64,000 bases of DNA from the human T2T-CHM13v2.0 reference genome, Homo sapiens. Of the stretch, positions 26,730-39,013 are shown one piece after another. Made by a program: the position numbers and the translations under genes. Each line of letters starts with the position of its first letter. Position 1 is the stretch's first letter. The stretch is from assembly GCF_009914755.1 (NCBI RefSeq), contig NC_060925.1; one strand, given 5' to 3'. The notes under the pieces are model-generated. The model saw nothing but the letters and a program-made list of their open reading frames with translations. It had not been told where the DNA came from and ran no database searches.

Positions 26730-26955
26730 TGGGACAACAAATGAGTTCTAGAGTTAGATGGACTTGGGATTGAATTCTGGCTCTGTCTTTTATTAGCTGT
26801 CTCAACTTTGCTAAGTTTTCTAACACACCAGAACCTATTTCTTTAGCTGCAATATTAGTATGATAATATGTCCTTCATGGGGATGTTGTGAAGGTAGATT
26901 GAACAATGCCATATATTGTAATTAACCTATAATTGATTATTAATATTGGTAACTA
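26730..26955 (+). mobile_element. MIR SINE
   Basis: 'ctagagttagatggacttgggattgaattctggctctgtcttttattagctgt'. Confidence 0.65.
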
Positions 26956-27169
26956 TTATAAATACAATATAAAAATCAGGTACAATCCTGCTAGAAACAG
27001 TTTCATTACATTTCAGTGATCAAATACTTTTGTTTGATGTGGTATTTGGACCTCAGTAATTATAGAACCTATCAAAGCATTCTTAAATAATTCAGAGGTA
27101 GTTTATTTTACTTTCTGGCTATGAAAATAAACCTCCACACATGAAAAGCTAAAGTAAGTATGAAATTAA

Positions 27170-27468
27170 GGTGGCTTATACATGGAACCCCAACATTTCG
27201 GGAGGCTGAGGCAGGATGATTACTTGAGGCCAGGAGTTAGATACCATCCTGGGCAGAATAATAAGATCCCATCTTGACAAAAAAATAAAATAAAAAAATT
27301 AGCCAGATGTGGTGGCCCTCACTTGCAGTCTCAGCTACTCAAGAGGCTGAGGCAGGAGGATTGCTTGAGTCCAGGAGTGTAAGGCTGTTATGACCTATGA
27401 TCATACCACTGCACTCCAGCCTGGGCAACAGAGTGAGACCCTATCTGTAAATTTTAAAAAAAGAAAAA
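27170..27468 (+). mobile_element. AluJ
   Basis: 'gaggcaggatgattacttgaggccaggag' and 'ctatgatcataccactgcactcc'. TSD gaaattaagg. Confidence 0.9.
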
Positions 27469-28407
27469 GAAATTAAGGAAGTCAGCATGGCCATGTATTG
27501 GGCCAGAATTAGTATTATAGGCATTTATTTCATCATCTTAGCCTTTCAACATTTCTGTCTTTTGACAGTACTTCAAGCACAAAGTTTGTGTCCTTAATGT
27601 AGCTATGCTTTAGAAATCAGCTCTATGGGGCACAGAATCAAAAAGAAATGTATCTGCAGTACAAATGGAGCAAATTGTTTCATGCAAAATTGAATAATAA
27701 AGAATACTACTTATATGAAGTAGTGTGAAGATAGTGGGACATATTCAAATTTTGCACTGATAATTTTCACCAAAATTAATACCTCAACGGATGATGTTTA
27801 TATAGGTGTATTTCACTGGCCTAAGGTAGAATTTCAGGGTAGGAAGATACATGCCAGAAAGAAATAATTTAGTACTGATTGTTAATTTTTTGTGTGTGTC
27901 CCTTTTGCATAGGTAGATGAATATCAGCTCTCGATATTTTCCCCTCCTGATCTTCTAAACAATGACCTCTATAACCTGAAAGAAAATTAGTAGTGTGCAG
28001 GAAAAACATTTTTTAATGATCCTGAAAAAAGGTTAATTACCTTCACAACTAGAAACTGTTCATTTCTTCCCCAAACCTCTTCTTAATTCCCTTTGCTGCT
28101 CTACCTTATTTGTCAGATATTTATATCTCAAATGATTATTTTATTCCCTAAAAGAATGGGGCCTTTCTTGGTTTAGACTTTGCAGAGCTTTCGTTTATTT
28201 TATCGTACAAAATAAAATCCATGACATTTGCAAAGTACATTGATATTCTTTTCATATTTACCTTAAATATGAAGATTCATTTAAAGATATCTGTAAAAAG
28301 TGCACCCTGCTATGTTTCACTAAATAAATGTTATTCAATTAATGTAAATAATATCTTATTTTTAAGGATAAAGCTTTTTAAAATTTCATACATCTAATTA
28401 TTTATCC

Positions 28408-28682
28408 ATTTTTTAAAATTTTTAAATTTATTTATTTATTTTATTTTTTAGAGACAGAGTCTCTTTCTGTTGGTCAGGCTGGGGTGCAGTGGCTTGATCC
28501 TAGCTCACTGCAGCCTCAAATTCCTGGGCTCAAGTAATCCTCCCATTTCAGCCTCCCCAAGAGCTGGGATTACAGGAACCTGCTACACCCGGCTTGGTTT
28601 TGAAATCCTGGCTTCAAGTGATCCTCCCGTCTTGGCCTCCCAAAGTGCTGTGATGACAGATGTGAGCCACCATGCTTGGCCT
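28408..28682 (-). mobile_element. AluJ with internal deletion of the A-rich linker region
   Basis: 'tagctcactgcagcctcaaattcctgggctcaag'. (TTTA)n tail. TSD tttatcc. Confidence 0.85.
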
Positions 28683-29230
28683 GTTTATCCTTAAACTGCT
28701 TTTGAAAAATCTTGATTTTAATGGGAATTTTTAACATTATAGGAGCTCCTAGTAGCAGTATTTTAAAGACAATGAAACTTTCAAACTATATATATTTATC
28801 AACAAAATGTACTCTAAGCAGTTTTACCAGTAAAGTAATTTGAGCAATAAGTCTCTGACTCCACATGCAAACCACATTTTCTACCTTTTGGCTGCCAAAA
28901 AAAATGAATATGGCTTTTGGCTTGGAATTCATTTAAACTTCATTTTCCCCTTTGTTTCAAATTTGTATTTCTTCTCTTCTCAAGAGCATTTTCTATACAA
29001 AATTTTTCTATCTAAACTTGCATGTGTTTTACCCAGTTAGCTTCATGAACAATGATTATTTCTTCATCACATTAAAAAAAATGAATTAAAAGGTAAGACT
29101 CTATAAATCAATTAGTTCTGGATACTACATAATATCAACCATACAACTTTCTGTGGGTTTGAAAAACCCAGATGTTGACATCATAAGGGCAATACCTGTA
29201 GAAAATTGACTGTATCTTTCAGTTTTAGTA

Positions 29231-29642
29231 TTTCACTCTCATCCATGTGAAGAGACCATCAAACAGGCTTTGTGTGAGCAATAAAGCTGTTTATTTCACC
29301 TGGGTGCAGGTGGGCTGAGTCCAAAAAGAGAGTCAGCGAAGGGAAATAGGGGTGGGGCCGTTTTATAGGATTTGGGTAGATAAAGGAAAATTACAGTCAA
29401 AGGGGGGTGTTCTCTGGCTGGCAGAGTGGGGGTCACAAGGTACTCAGTGGGGGAGCTTTTGAGCCGGGATGAGCCAGGAGAAGGAATTTCACAAGACAAT
29501 GTCATCAGTTAAGGCAGGAACAGGACATTTTCACTTCTTTTGTGGTGGAATGTCAGCAGTTAAGGCAGGAACCAGCCATCTGGATGTGTACCTGCAGGTC
29601 ACAGGGTATGTGATGGCTTAGCTTGGGCTCAGAGGCCTGACA
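29231..29642 (-). promoter_or_regulatory. HERV-H 3' LTR (LTR7), 412 bp
   Basis: Reverse strand TGTCAGGCCTCTGAGCCCAAGC...GAAA, with TATAAAA and AATAAA. Preceded by PPT aatataagaagacaggaa (29643-29660). Confidence 0.97.
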
Positions 29643-31438
29643 TTCCTGTCTTCTTATATTAATAAGAACAATAAAATGAAATAGTGGTAAAGTGTTGGGA
29701 CAGTGAAAATTTTTTGGTGGTATGGAGAGATAATGGGTGATGTTTCTCAGGGCTGCTTCGAGCGGGATTAGGGGCGGCGTGGGAACCTAGAGTGGGAGAG
29801 ATTAAGCTGAAGGAAAATTTTGTGGCAAGGGGTGATATTGTGGGGCTGTTAGAAGAAACATTTGTTATTTAGAATTATTGGTGTTGGCCTGGATACAGTT
29901 TTGTATGAATTGAAAAACTAAACAGAATAAGAGAAGGAGAAAAACAGGTATTAAAGGACTCAGAATTGGGAGGACCTACGACATCTAATTAGAGAGTGCC
30001 TAAGGTGGTTCAGCATAGCCTTGCCAGTAAAGATTATTTATTTACTTTAAGAGTTAAGAGTGGCGGTTTGGGGATAGCACCAGGAGATATCAGCTGTGCT
30101 GGCTTGGAGAAACAGTGTAAACTGGCAGTGTAAACAAGAGCAGGGCATGTATGAGTAGTTGAGAACGGTGAATAGGAGTATGACTAGACAGAAGATAGTA
30201 GGGATGACAAGTTTTTTGGGGCACAGTCCAAGTTGGTCTGGTGTCTGGAATGAGACTGGGGCCTAATAAAAAAAGGAGCTCAAATGGGCTGTACCCTGTA
30301 GCATTCCGAGGACAGGCCTGAGTTCTGAGAAGTGAAAGTGGTAAAAGTATTGTCCAGTCCTTTTTAAGTTGGTGACTGAGCTTGGTGAGGTGTGTTTTTA
30401 AAAGACCTTTAGTCCATTCTACTTTTCCTGAAGACGGAGGACCATAAGGGATATAAAGGTTTCACTGAATACTAAGAGCCTGAAAAACTGCTTGGCTGAT
30501 TTGACTAATAAAGGCTCGTCTGTTATCAGACTGTATTGAGGTGGGAAGGCTAAACTGAGGAATTGTGTCTGACAGAAGGGAAGAAATGACTGCGGTGGCC
30601 TTCTCAGACCCTGTAGGAAAGGCCTGTACCTATCCAGTGAAAGTGTCTACCTAGACTAAGAGGTATTTTAGTTATCTGACTCGGGGCATGTTGAGTAAAG
30701 CTAATTTGCCAGTCCTGGGTAGGGGCAAATCCTCGAGCTTGATGTGTAAGGAAGGGAGGGGGCCTGAATAATCCCTGAGGAGTAGTAGAATAGCAGATGG
30801 AACACTGAGAAGTTATTTCCTTGAGGACAGATTTCCACGATGGAAAGAAAATGAGAGGTTCTAAGAGGGGGGCTAGTGGCTTGTACTATAGCATAGCCTG
30901 CCTTTGCTGGTGTGTGGCGATTAGGCCTGGTGGAACTGCCATCAATAAATCAAGCGTGATCAGGGTGAGGAACAGGGAAGAAGGAAATATGGGGAAATGT
31001 GGTGAATGTCAGGTGGATCAGAGAGATACAGTCATGGAGGTCAGGTGTGGTATCAGGAATAATGTGGGAGGCCAGATTGAAGTCCGGGCCAGGAACAATG
31101 GTAATTGTGGGAGTTAACAAAGAGTGAGTATAGCTGAAGGAGCCAGGAAGCCGAAAGTATATGCGTCAGGTATGAGGAAGAAAATAGATTTTGGAAGTTA
31201 TGAGAAATGTAGAGAGTAAGTTGAGCATAGTTTGTGATTTTTAGGGCCTCTAAAAGTATTAGGGTGGCAGCAGCCACGCACGCAGACATGAGGGCTAGGC
31301 TAAAACAGTAAGGTCAAGTTGTTTGGACAGAAAGGCTACAGGGTGCGGTCCTGGCTCTTGTGTAAGAATTCTGACCGCACAAACCATGCCTAGGAAGGAA
31401 AGGAGTTGTTGTTTTGTAAGGGATTGAGGTTTGGGAGA

Positions 31439-32002
31439 TTAATTGGACATCAGCAGGGAGAGCATGTGTGTTTTTATGAGAATTATGCTGAGATAGGTAA
31501 CAGATAAGGAATAAATTTGGGCTTGACTGAAGTAATGGGGGCTGTCTGTGAAACTTTGCGGCAGTACAGCCCAGGTAATTTCCTGAGCCTGATGGGTGTC
31601 AGGGTCAGTCCAGGTGAAAGCGAAGAGAGGCTGGGATGATGGGTGCAAAGGAATAGTAAAGAAAGCAGGTTTGAGATCCAGCACAGAATAATGGATTGTG
31701 GAGGGAGGTATTGAGGATAGGAGAGTATATGGGTTTGGCACCATGGGGTGGATAGGCAAAACAATTTGGTTGATAAGGCATAGATCCTGAACTAACTTGG
31801 AAGGCTTGTCTGGTTTTAGGACAGGTATAATGGGGGAATTGTAAGGAGAGTTTATAGGCTTTAAAAGGCCATGCTGTAGCAGGTGAGTGATAACAGGCTT
31901 TAATCCTTTCAAAGCATGGTGTGGGATGGGATATTGGCATTGAGCGGGGTAAGGGTGATTAGGTTTTAATGAGATAGTAAGGGGTGCATGATCGGTCGCC
32001 AA
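31439..32002 (-). pseudogene. HERV-H pol remnant (N-terminal reverse transcriptase)
   Basis: NSPYNSPIIPVLKP, YSVLDLKPAFFTIPL and TWAVLPQSFTDSP motifs. No YxDD motif follows (deleted). Confidence 0.9.
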
Positions 32003-32190
32003 GGAGGGAGTAGAGGTATCTTATTCTTGTGGGTTAAGGTGGGAGAATACAAGAGGAGGACGCAAAGGAGGCTTTGGATTGGGAAGAAGGGCAGCAATGA
32101 GATGTAGCTGTAATACAGGAATAGTCAGGGAAGCAGATAATTTAGTTAAAGTGTCTCGGCCTAATAAGGGAACTGGGCAGGTGGGGATAA

Positions 32191-32379
32191 CTAAAAGGAG
32201 TGCTTAGAAGAGTATTGTCTAAGTTGGAACCAGAGTTGGGGAGTTTTAAGAGGTTTAGAAGCCTGGCCGTCAATACCCACAACAGTTATGGAGGCAAGGG
32301 AAACAGGCCCTTGAAAAGAAGGTAATGTGGAGTGGGTAGGCTCCGTATTGATTAAGAAGGGGACGGGCTTAGCTTCCAC
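32191..32379 (-). pseudogene. HERV-H protease remnant
   Basis: FLINTEPTHS (catalytic Asp absent) followed by the VVGIDG flap. Confidence 0.8.
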
Positions 32380-32459
32380 CGTGAGAGTTACCCGAAGCTC
32401 GGCGTCCGTGATGGCCTAGGGGGCTTCCGAGGTGATCGGGCAGAGTCAGTCTTCAGCCG

Positions 32460-32792
32460 CTAAGCCAAGAAGATCTGGGAAGCCGTCAGAGAGCCTTGGG
32501 CCAGAGTTCCAGGGGCTCTGGGAGTGGCTGCCAGGTGAGTTGGACAGTCCGATTTCCAGTGGGGTCCCGCACAGATGGGACGTGGCTTAGGAGGAATCCC
32601 GGGCTGCAGGCATTCCTTGGCCTGGTGGCCAGATTTCTGGCACTTGTAGCAAGCTCCTGGGGGAGGATGTTCTGGAGGAAGGCCTGGCCGCTGTGGTTCA
32701 GGCGTTTGGAAGTTCTTGTGTGCTGGAGATGTGGCTGGGGTTTGTCTCACAGTGGAGGCAAGGAATTGCAACTTTTTTCTATTATTGTACAC
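32460..32792 (-). pseudogene. HERV-H gag nucleocapsid remnant
   Basis: Intact CX2CX4HX4C knuckle CYKCQKSGHQAKEC. The second knuckle is degenerate (RPICAGPHWKSDC). Confidence 0.88.
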
Positions 32793-34311
32793 CTTGAAGG
32801 TGAGGTTAATTAAATCCTGTTGAGGGGTTTAAGGGCCGGAATTTAATTTTTGGAGTTTTATTTAATGTCGGGAGCAGATTGGGTAATAAAATGTATTTTG
32901 AGAATAAGACGGCCTTTTGACCTTTTAGGGTCTAGGGCTGTAAAGTGTCTCAGGGTTGCTGCCAAACAAGTCATGAACTGGGCTGGATTTTTATATTTGA
33001 TGAAAAAGAGCCTAAACGCTATCTGATTTGGGATAAAGAAAAAGGAGCATTAACCTTGACTATGCCTTTAGCTCCAGCCACCTTTTTAAGAGTAAATTGC
33101 TGGGCAGGTGGGGGAGGGCTGGTCACGGAACGAAACTGTAAGCCGGACCAGGTGTGAGGAGGGGAGGTGATAAAAGGATTATAGGGTGGAGGAGCAGAGG
33201 CTGAGGAAGAATTGGGACGTAGCTCGGCCTGGCGAGGAGCAGCCTGGGGAGGAGGGGAGAGGTCAGATGGGTCTGTAGAAATGGAAGATTAGAAAGACTC
33301 AGCGACCCTTGGGGTTGGGACTGAGGGGACGGGTGGGAGGGAAAGAAGGAAGATTTGGGATGAGTTGCATTGGGAACAGAGACTAGAGAGGGACCGACGT
33401 GTAAAAGAATGCCTGGACGTCAGGCACCTCAGACCATTTACCCATCTTACAACAAGAATTATTTAGATCTTGCAGGATGGAAAAATTGAAAGTGCCGTTT
33501 TCTGGCTATTTGGAACTACTGTCGAGTTTGTATTGCGGTCAGGTGGCATTGCGGAAGAAAATAAGATGCTGAGAGTTTAGGTCAGGTGAGAGCTGAAGAG
33601 GTTTTAAGTTCTTAAGAACACAGGCTAAGGGAGAAGGAGCAATGGAGGGTGGAAGGTTGCCCACAGTGAAGGAGGCAAGCCCAGAGAAAAGAGAGAGTAG
33701 AGAAACGGAGGGAAGGGGTTTGGGGGTTCTTACCCTCCAGAAAAGCGGGAGAGGTAGGGGCACGGAAATAAGGGATCGGGGCACAGAGATATAAGAGGTT
33801 GGGGTGTGGAAATAAGGGATCAGGGCACAGAGATATGAGGTTGGGGTACTTTCCCCTCCCCTAGAAAAGCGGGACTTGCCTCTAAGGGTGAAGGACCAAG
33901 ACAGGCGTCCCTGCGTGGTCTGACACCTCTGAAACATGGGTGAATAATCAGAGAGGCGTCCCTGAAATGATTAAACACCAAGGGAAGGCTGCCTTCCCAG
34001 TCCGTGACCAGCACTGGAGTTTTGGGTCCACGGATAAAACGCGTCTCCTTTGTCTCTACCAGAAAATGAAAGGAATTGAAATTAAAAGAAGGGAGAGATT
34101 GAAGTGTGGTGCCAAGATTGAAAGGAGAAAGAGGTTGAGGGATAGTAAGTGAGGTTGGAGGAGAGAGTAAAAAGAGGCCACTTACCATACTTGAAATTGG
34201 TGAGACGTTTCTTGGGCTGGTCAGTCTGAGGACCTGAGGTTGTAGGTGGATCTTTCTCACGGAGCAAAGAACAGGAGGACAGGGGATTGATGTCCCAAGG
34301 GAGGTCCCCCG

Positions 34312-34329
34312 ATCCAAGTCACAGCACCA
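34312..34329 (-). promoter_or_regulatory. tRNA-His primer-binding site
   Basis: TGGTGCTGTGACTTGGAT versus canonical TGGTGCCGTGACTCGGAT (two CpG-type changes), just downstream of the 5' LTR. Confidence 0.9.
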
Positions 34330-34331
34330 AA

Positions 34332-34748
34332 TTTCACTCGTGTCTGTGTGAAGAGACCACCAAACAGGCTTTCTGTGAGCAATAAAGCTGTTTATTTCCC
34401 CTGGGTGCAGGTGTGCTGGGTCCAAAAAGAGAGTCAGGGAAGGGAGATAGGGGTGGGGCCGTTTTATAGGATTTGGGTAGGTAAATCCTACCCAATCCAG
34501 TCAAAGGGGGGGTTGTTCTCTGGCGGGCAGAGTGGGGGTTACAAGTTACTCAGTGGGGGAGCTTTTGAGCCAGGATGAGCCAGGAGAAGGAATTTCACAA
34601 GACAATGTCATCAGTTGAGGCAGGAACAGGACATTTTCACTTCTTTTGTGGTGGAATGTCAGCAGTTAAGGCAGGAACCAGCCGTCTGGATGTGTACATG
34701 CAGGTCACAGGGGACATGATGGCTTAGCCTGGGCTCAGAGGCCTGACA
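34332..34748 (-). promoter_or_regulatory. HERV-H 5' LTR (LTR7), 417 bp, promoter
   Basis: Near-identical copy of 29231-29642. TATAAAA at 34462-34468 (minus strand) followed by a GGCCCCACCCC box. Confidence 0.97.
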
Positions 34749-35023
34749 TAGTATAATTTCCACCATCGATTCATCAATCAATTAGCACCAATCAGTTAAT
34801 CAATCATCATCATCAGTAATTGTTCTTAAATATGTATTGAGCACAAATCATGTTATGACATTACCTTAGAAATTAAGTAAATCTATTGGTGTAAAAATGA
34901 GTTATTTTTAATGGCAGCTTATGGTTGACTTGGGGAGGCTCGATATATTGATAAAAAAATGAATTTAAGATAATGTATGATACAGAACAGAAAATGTGTT
35001 CTGTGATAGTTCACAGGCAGGAG

Positions 35024-35530
35024 CGTTTGAGGAGATAGTTCTCCATGAGTCTATCATATTACTGCACAAGCAGAGGCACTGATTCCTTTTGTTCCAGATT
35101 ATCTCTTATGGATGTTTGTATAACAAGCAGCTTAGAATGTATGGTGTGTCCCTCAGAGTAAAGGGTAGATTTGTGGGCTGCCTAGTGTGATAAAGATAAT
35201 GTTTCCCTCTAGGAAAAGATTAGGCAGATTTGCTTCCAGTCCATTACAGAAACTCAAGGTTTTCTAAACTCAGGGTTCCTCAGCTCTGATGCAAACCCTC
35301 TGCGTGCAAAGCTTCCACAGGAACCATTTTATGTCATTCTGTAGGATTTGAGTAAGAAGGGAGCTGACACAAACATGAAGCTCATAGTGCTTTCTGTGCC
35401 ATGAGGAGTAAAATCCTATGTCTCTGACCCAAGAGTGTTTTGTTTTCTGCCAGTACATATGAAATTGTGGCAGACTGACTTACTAGTTTGCAAGTAGGCT
35501 AAAATTTCAGCCCTTTCACAATTCCTTACA
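35024..35530 (+). mobile_element. Old ERVL solo LTR (LTR40-like)
   Basis: 'gagatagttctccatgagtc...gcagaggcactgattcctttttgttccagattatc...cccttTcacaattccttaca' resembles the LTR40 consensus as I remember it. Confidence 0.6.
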
Positions 35531-38500
35531 GAGGTTTGTTTTGGAGGAAAGAATCTCAACGTTTAGATTATATAAGTGTAAATAAATTCTTCCCAGGTTT
35601 TGGCACATTCCTAGTCATGGACAACTTTTAATTATCTAGAATTTAGAACTCCATCAAACCCCAAATAAAAATGAAGGAGTGTGGTGTAGGTAAAAGGTGT
35701 AATTCACAAATTTGTTTGTTGAGGGTGAATGTAACAGGACACACATATGTGAAAGAAAGAGGGGTTGGAAAAGTTGAGTAATTTCAAAATTATGTTTGAT
35801 TTGCTATTTGACTTGTGTTACTTGAGTAAAAGCCATGATGATAAACCCCTTAATTTTTGCCCAAAACGTTGTATAGATGGTAATTTTTCAGTTGAAAATC
35901 CTTATTGTAAATTATATTATTTCTCCATATGTTTATTCTCTAATTTGATTTTTGGCAAGCAGTGTTAGTTATCCTCATCTTGTTTCTGTACAGAAATGTA
36001 TATAGCATAGCTTTGAAATTATGGCTACCAAATGGAAGATAGCTTCCTATTAAGAGATTTGATCATGGGCATGCTTATGTTCAATAAAAGTTATCAAAAT
36101 CATGATCATAATTAGGAAATTTGATTCTCCTCATGTACAGCACGTTATGAATTATGCGGAGTTATTTTTGAACCACAATGCAACACTAAATTAGGTTCCT
36201 CTTTCTTTAAAAAAATTAAAGAATAATCAGTTACTATTCTCTCCTCATTTCTAATTTCTACAATGGTGCCTTGATTGTAAACCTACAGAAATCATGTCTT
36301 TTTTCTCCCCCTATTTTCTGTTTTAATATCACTTCACATCCGTTTCACTTTTTCTCTGGGGCTCGTTTATGAAGCCCACTGGCACTGGTAATGATTCTTC
36401 ATGGTGGAACCCAGCAAATGCTGTTGCCATTTCTCTTAAGCCAGACTAGTCTTGCAAACATACTGACTCCATTTAGTGAAAATAAAAGGGGATAGAACAG
36501 AAAGAGGAGATCATGCGTATCTTAAAATAACAACAGCCATATGACAGTTTCAGGCCTGTGTTTGGAGAGAATTTGCATATATCCCATTAAGCCTGCCTGA
36601 GCTCCACTTTCAAATTTTGATGTTGCCAGTCAATTTGCAGAGGTCAACAATATCTTTTCCTAAATGCAAGTTTTCTTATAATTGCACCTCAATAACTGAC
36701 AACTGGCCCTGACAAAAAGACAAGAAAGACAAGTGTTTGTTGCAAGAAAACATCAATATACAGCGTTTTGTAGACAGGACTACTCTGGAGAGACTCTGCT
36801 ATATTTGGACCATTAGCATCAAGTCAAGGTTTCAAATGATAAATTCAATTAGAGTGGAGTTGACTAAGTGATCTAAAATAGTGTGCATTAGGAGCAATGT
36901 ACAAGCATGGAGTTCATTAAATAGCAGTATCAGTGTGATCACCTTTTAGTAACATAATCAATTTACTGGTCTTTGAATAGTAGCAGTGGTCAGACTAAAT
37001 TAAATTTAATGTACATTGACCAAGTGATTTACAGTATCTAGATTTACAGTATCTCAGAATAAAGAATGATGACTTTCAAGCATTCCAGGAACGAAGGGAG
37101 GAATAAATTATAATATGGGCCAAGTAAGGTGAGAAAACTTATCTTTTGTTTGCTTCCAAGTTTTACAATAGTTCTTTTTCTGAAGTCTGCAAAAAAAATG
37201 TCAGACTAATTGGAATCCTGTGAACCCCACAGATACTACAGACTTGAGTGCTGCATTGACAAATCGGTATTCCATTTAAATTCCCATCAAAGCCTTTGAG
37301 GTTTATATTCCTGAATTCCTAATGACAGGTGCTATGCAATCAGCACTATTACCATATGCTGGAAATAGGCATTGTAGCTTAATAAGGAAAGCTTGAAGAT
37401 TCAAAGACGGGACAAGCAAAACAGTCTGAATTTATTACAAGCACATCCAAATCCTTCATCTTTCAACTTTTTTCTTAAAATATGATATATGAATAAAAGA
37501 ATAGTAACAAAGATCTTATCTGAGTGGTGGCCACATGTGTCATATTCAGATATATTTTTCCACAGCCTACATTTTGTCCCCAGAGAGCTGTTGTCTATTT
37601 GTATAAGATTTGCCAATAACCATCACAGCCATGTCCAATATTCTATACTTGTACTCCAAGTGTCTGGCTTGTTGATGATTTGGGGGGAAAAAATTAGAGG
37701 ACCAGTGGAAATCTGTTTGATGTGTTTATGCTCCACATGCTCTTTAGAATAAATCAGCTTCCTATATTTTAACAGCAATTGGTACTATTCAGGGTTAGAA
37801 CAGGTTGTATACCAGAAATTCTAAACTATAATAGATACAGCGGTTGCTACCAAATAAAATAAGATACGTCTTCAATGGAGAACACTTTTTTAAAGTACCC
37901 AGGTTTTACATATATTCTTTAAAATTCCTTTACTACACTTCAATTCCTGCCAGAATTGACTGCTATTCTGTTAGGCAGGGCTAGGGGGTGCTATAACCTT
38001 ACAGCTGAATGAAATCTGCACCCCAGTGTTGAAAACAAGATATTTTATCAGCCTCAGATCAGAAAAGGTAGGATGTACATGTGTTTGGACAAGCGTGCAC
38101 ACATAGGTTTCTATCCACTTTGGTAAGGTATGAGAAAGAAGAAATTTGAGTAAGAATATTTGCAACTGTTGATTTTTACATAGAATATGTTGGTGCTTCA
38201 AATCATTCTAAGTTTTAAAACGTGAATTTTGCATTTTAGTTAAATTATTGAGATTATTTTTTCTTAAGTAAATATTTTTATCTTTCTCCAAATTTTAAGA
38301 AAGAGATTCTAGAGGATAATTGAAATTCTGGATAGGCAATTATGCTAATTAAGAATTTTATTATATAATGTTTTTTATTAAGCCAATTGTGTTTCAGGTC
38401 AACCTAAGAATATTGTATTTTAGAAAGTAGCAAAAAAGCCAATTCCATCATTTAATTTACTAATTTTCTCACACTTTAGAAAATTAAATATTTTTGGTAA

Positions 38501-38657
38501 AGAACAAGATTTTCTTAAGTTAGAAAACAGTGTAAGTAATATTGAGCCACTATCATTATTGCTTTTCCTTCTTTAGAAGTATTGAGGATATTTTGGAATT
38601 TTTTATATTTTTATTGCAACTTTCTTTTGAATGAGACTTTCCCTAACTAATTAGTAA

Positions 38658-39013
<356 letters not shown>

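Larger units (their letters stand above)
29231..34748 (-). mobile_element. HERV-H provirus (5.5 kb, common pol/env-deleted RTVL-H2-type structure)
   Basis: Two LTR7 copies, PBS, PPT and gag/pro/pol remnants. Perfect 5-bp TSD tagta at 29226-29230 and 34749-34753. Confidence 0.97.

Noticed and set aside
29660-31430. Coding HERV-H env/integrase
   Set aside because: No long minus-strand ORF; typical deleted remnants only.
33539-34425. 132- and 201-aa ORFs in the HERV-H leader
   Set aside because: They come from the C/T-rich pre-gag leader and LTR, have non-ATG starts or no recognisable domain, and are common to HERV-H copies.
36571-36578. Octamer ATTTGCAT near the HERV-H 5' LTR
   Set aside because: The same octamer recurs many times in this AT-rich window, and no adjacent SOX site is evident.
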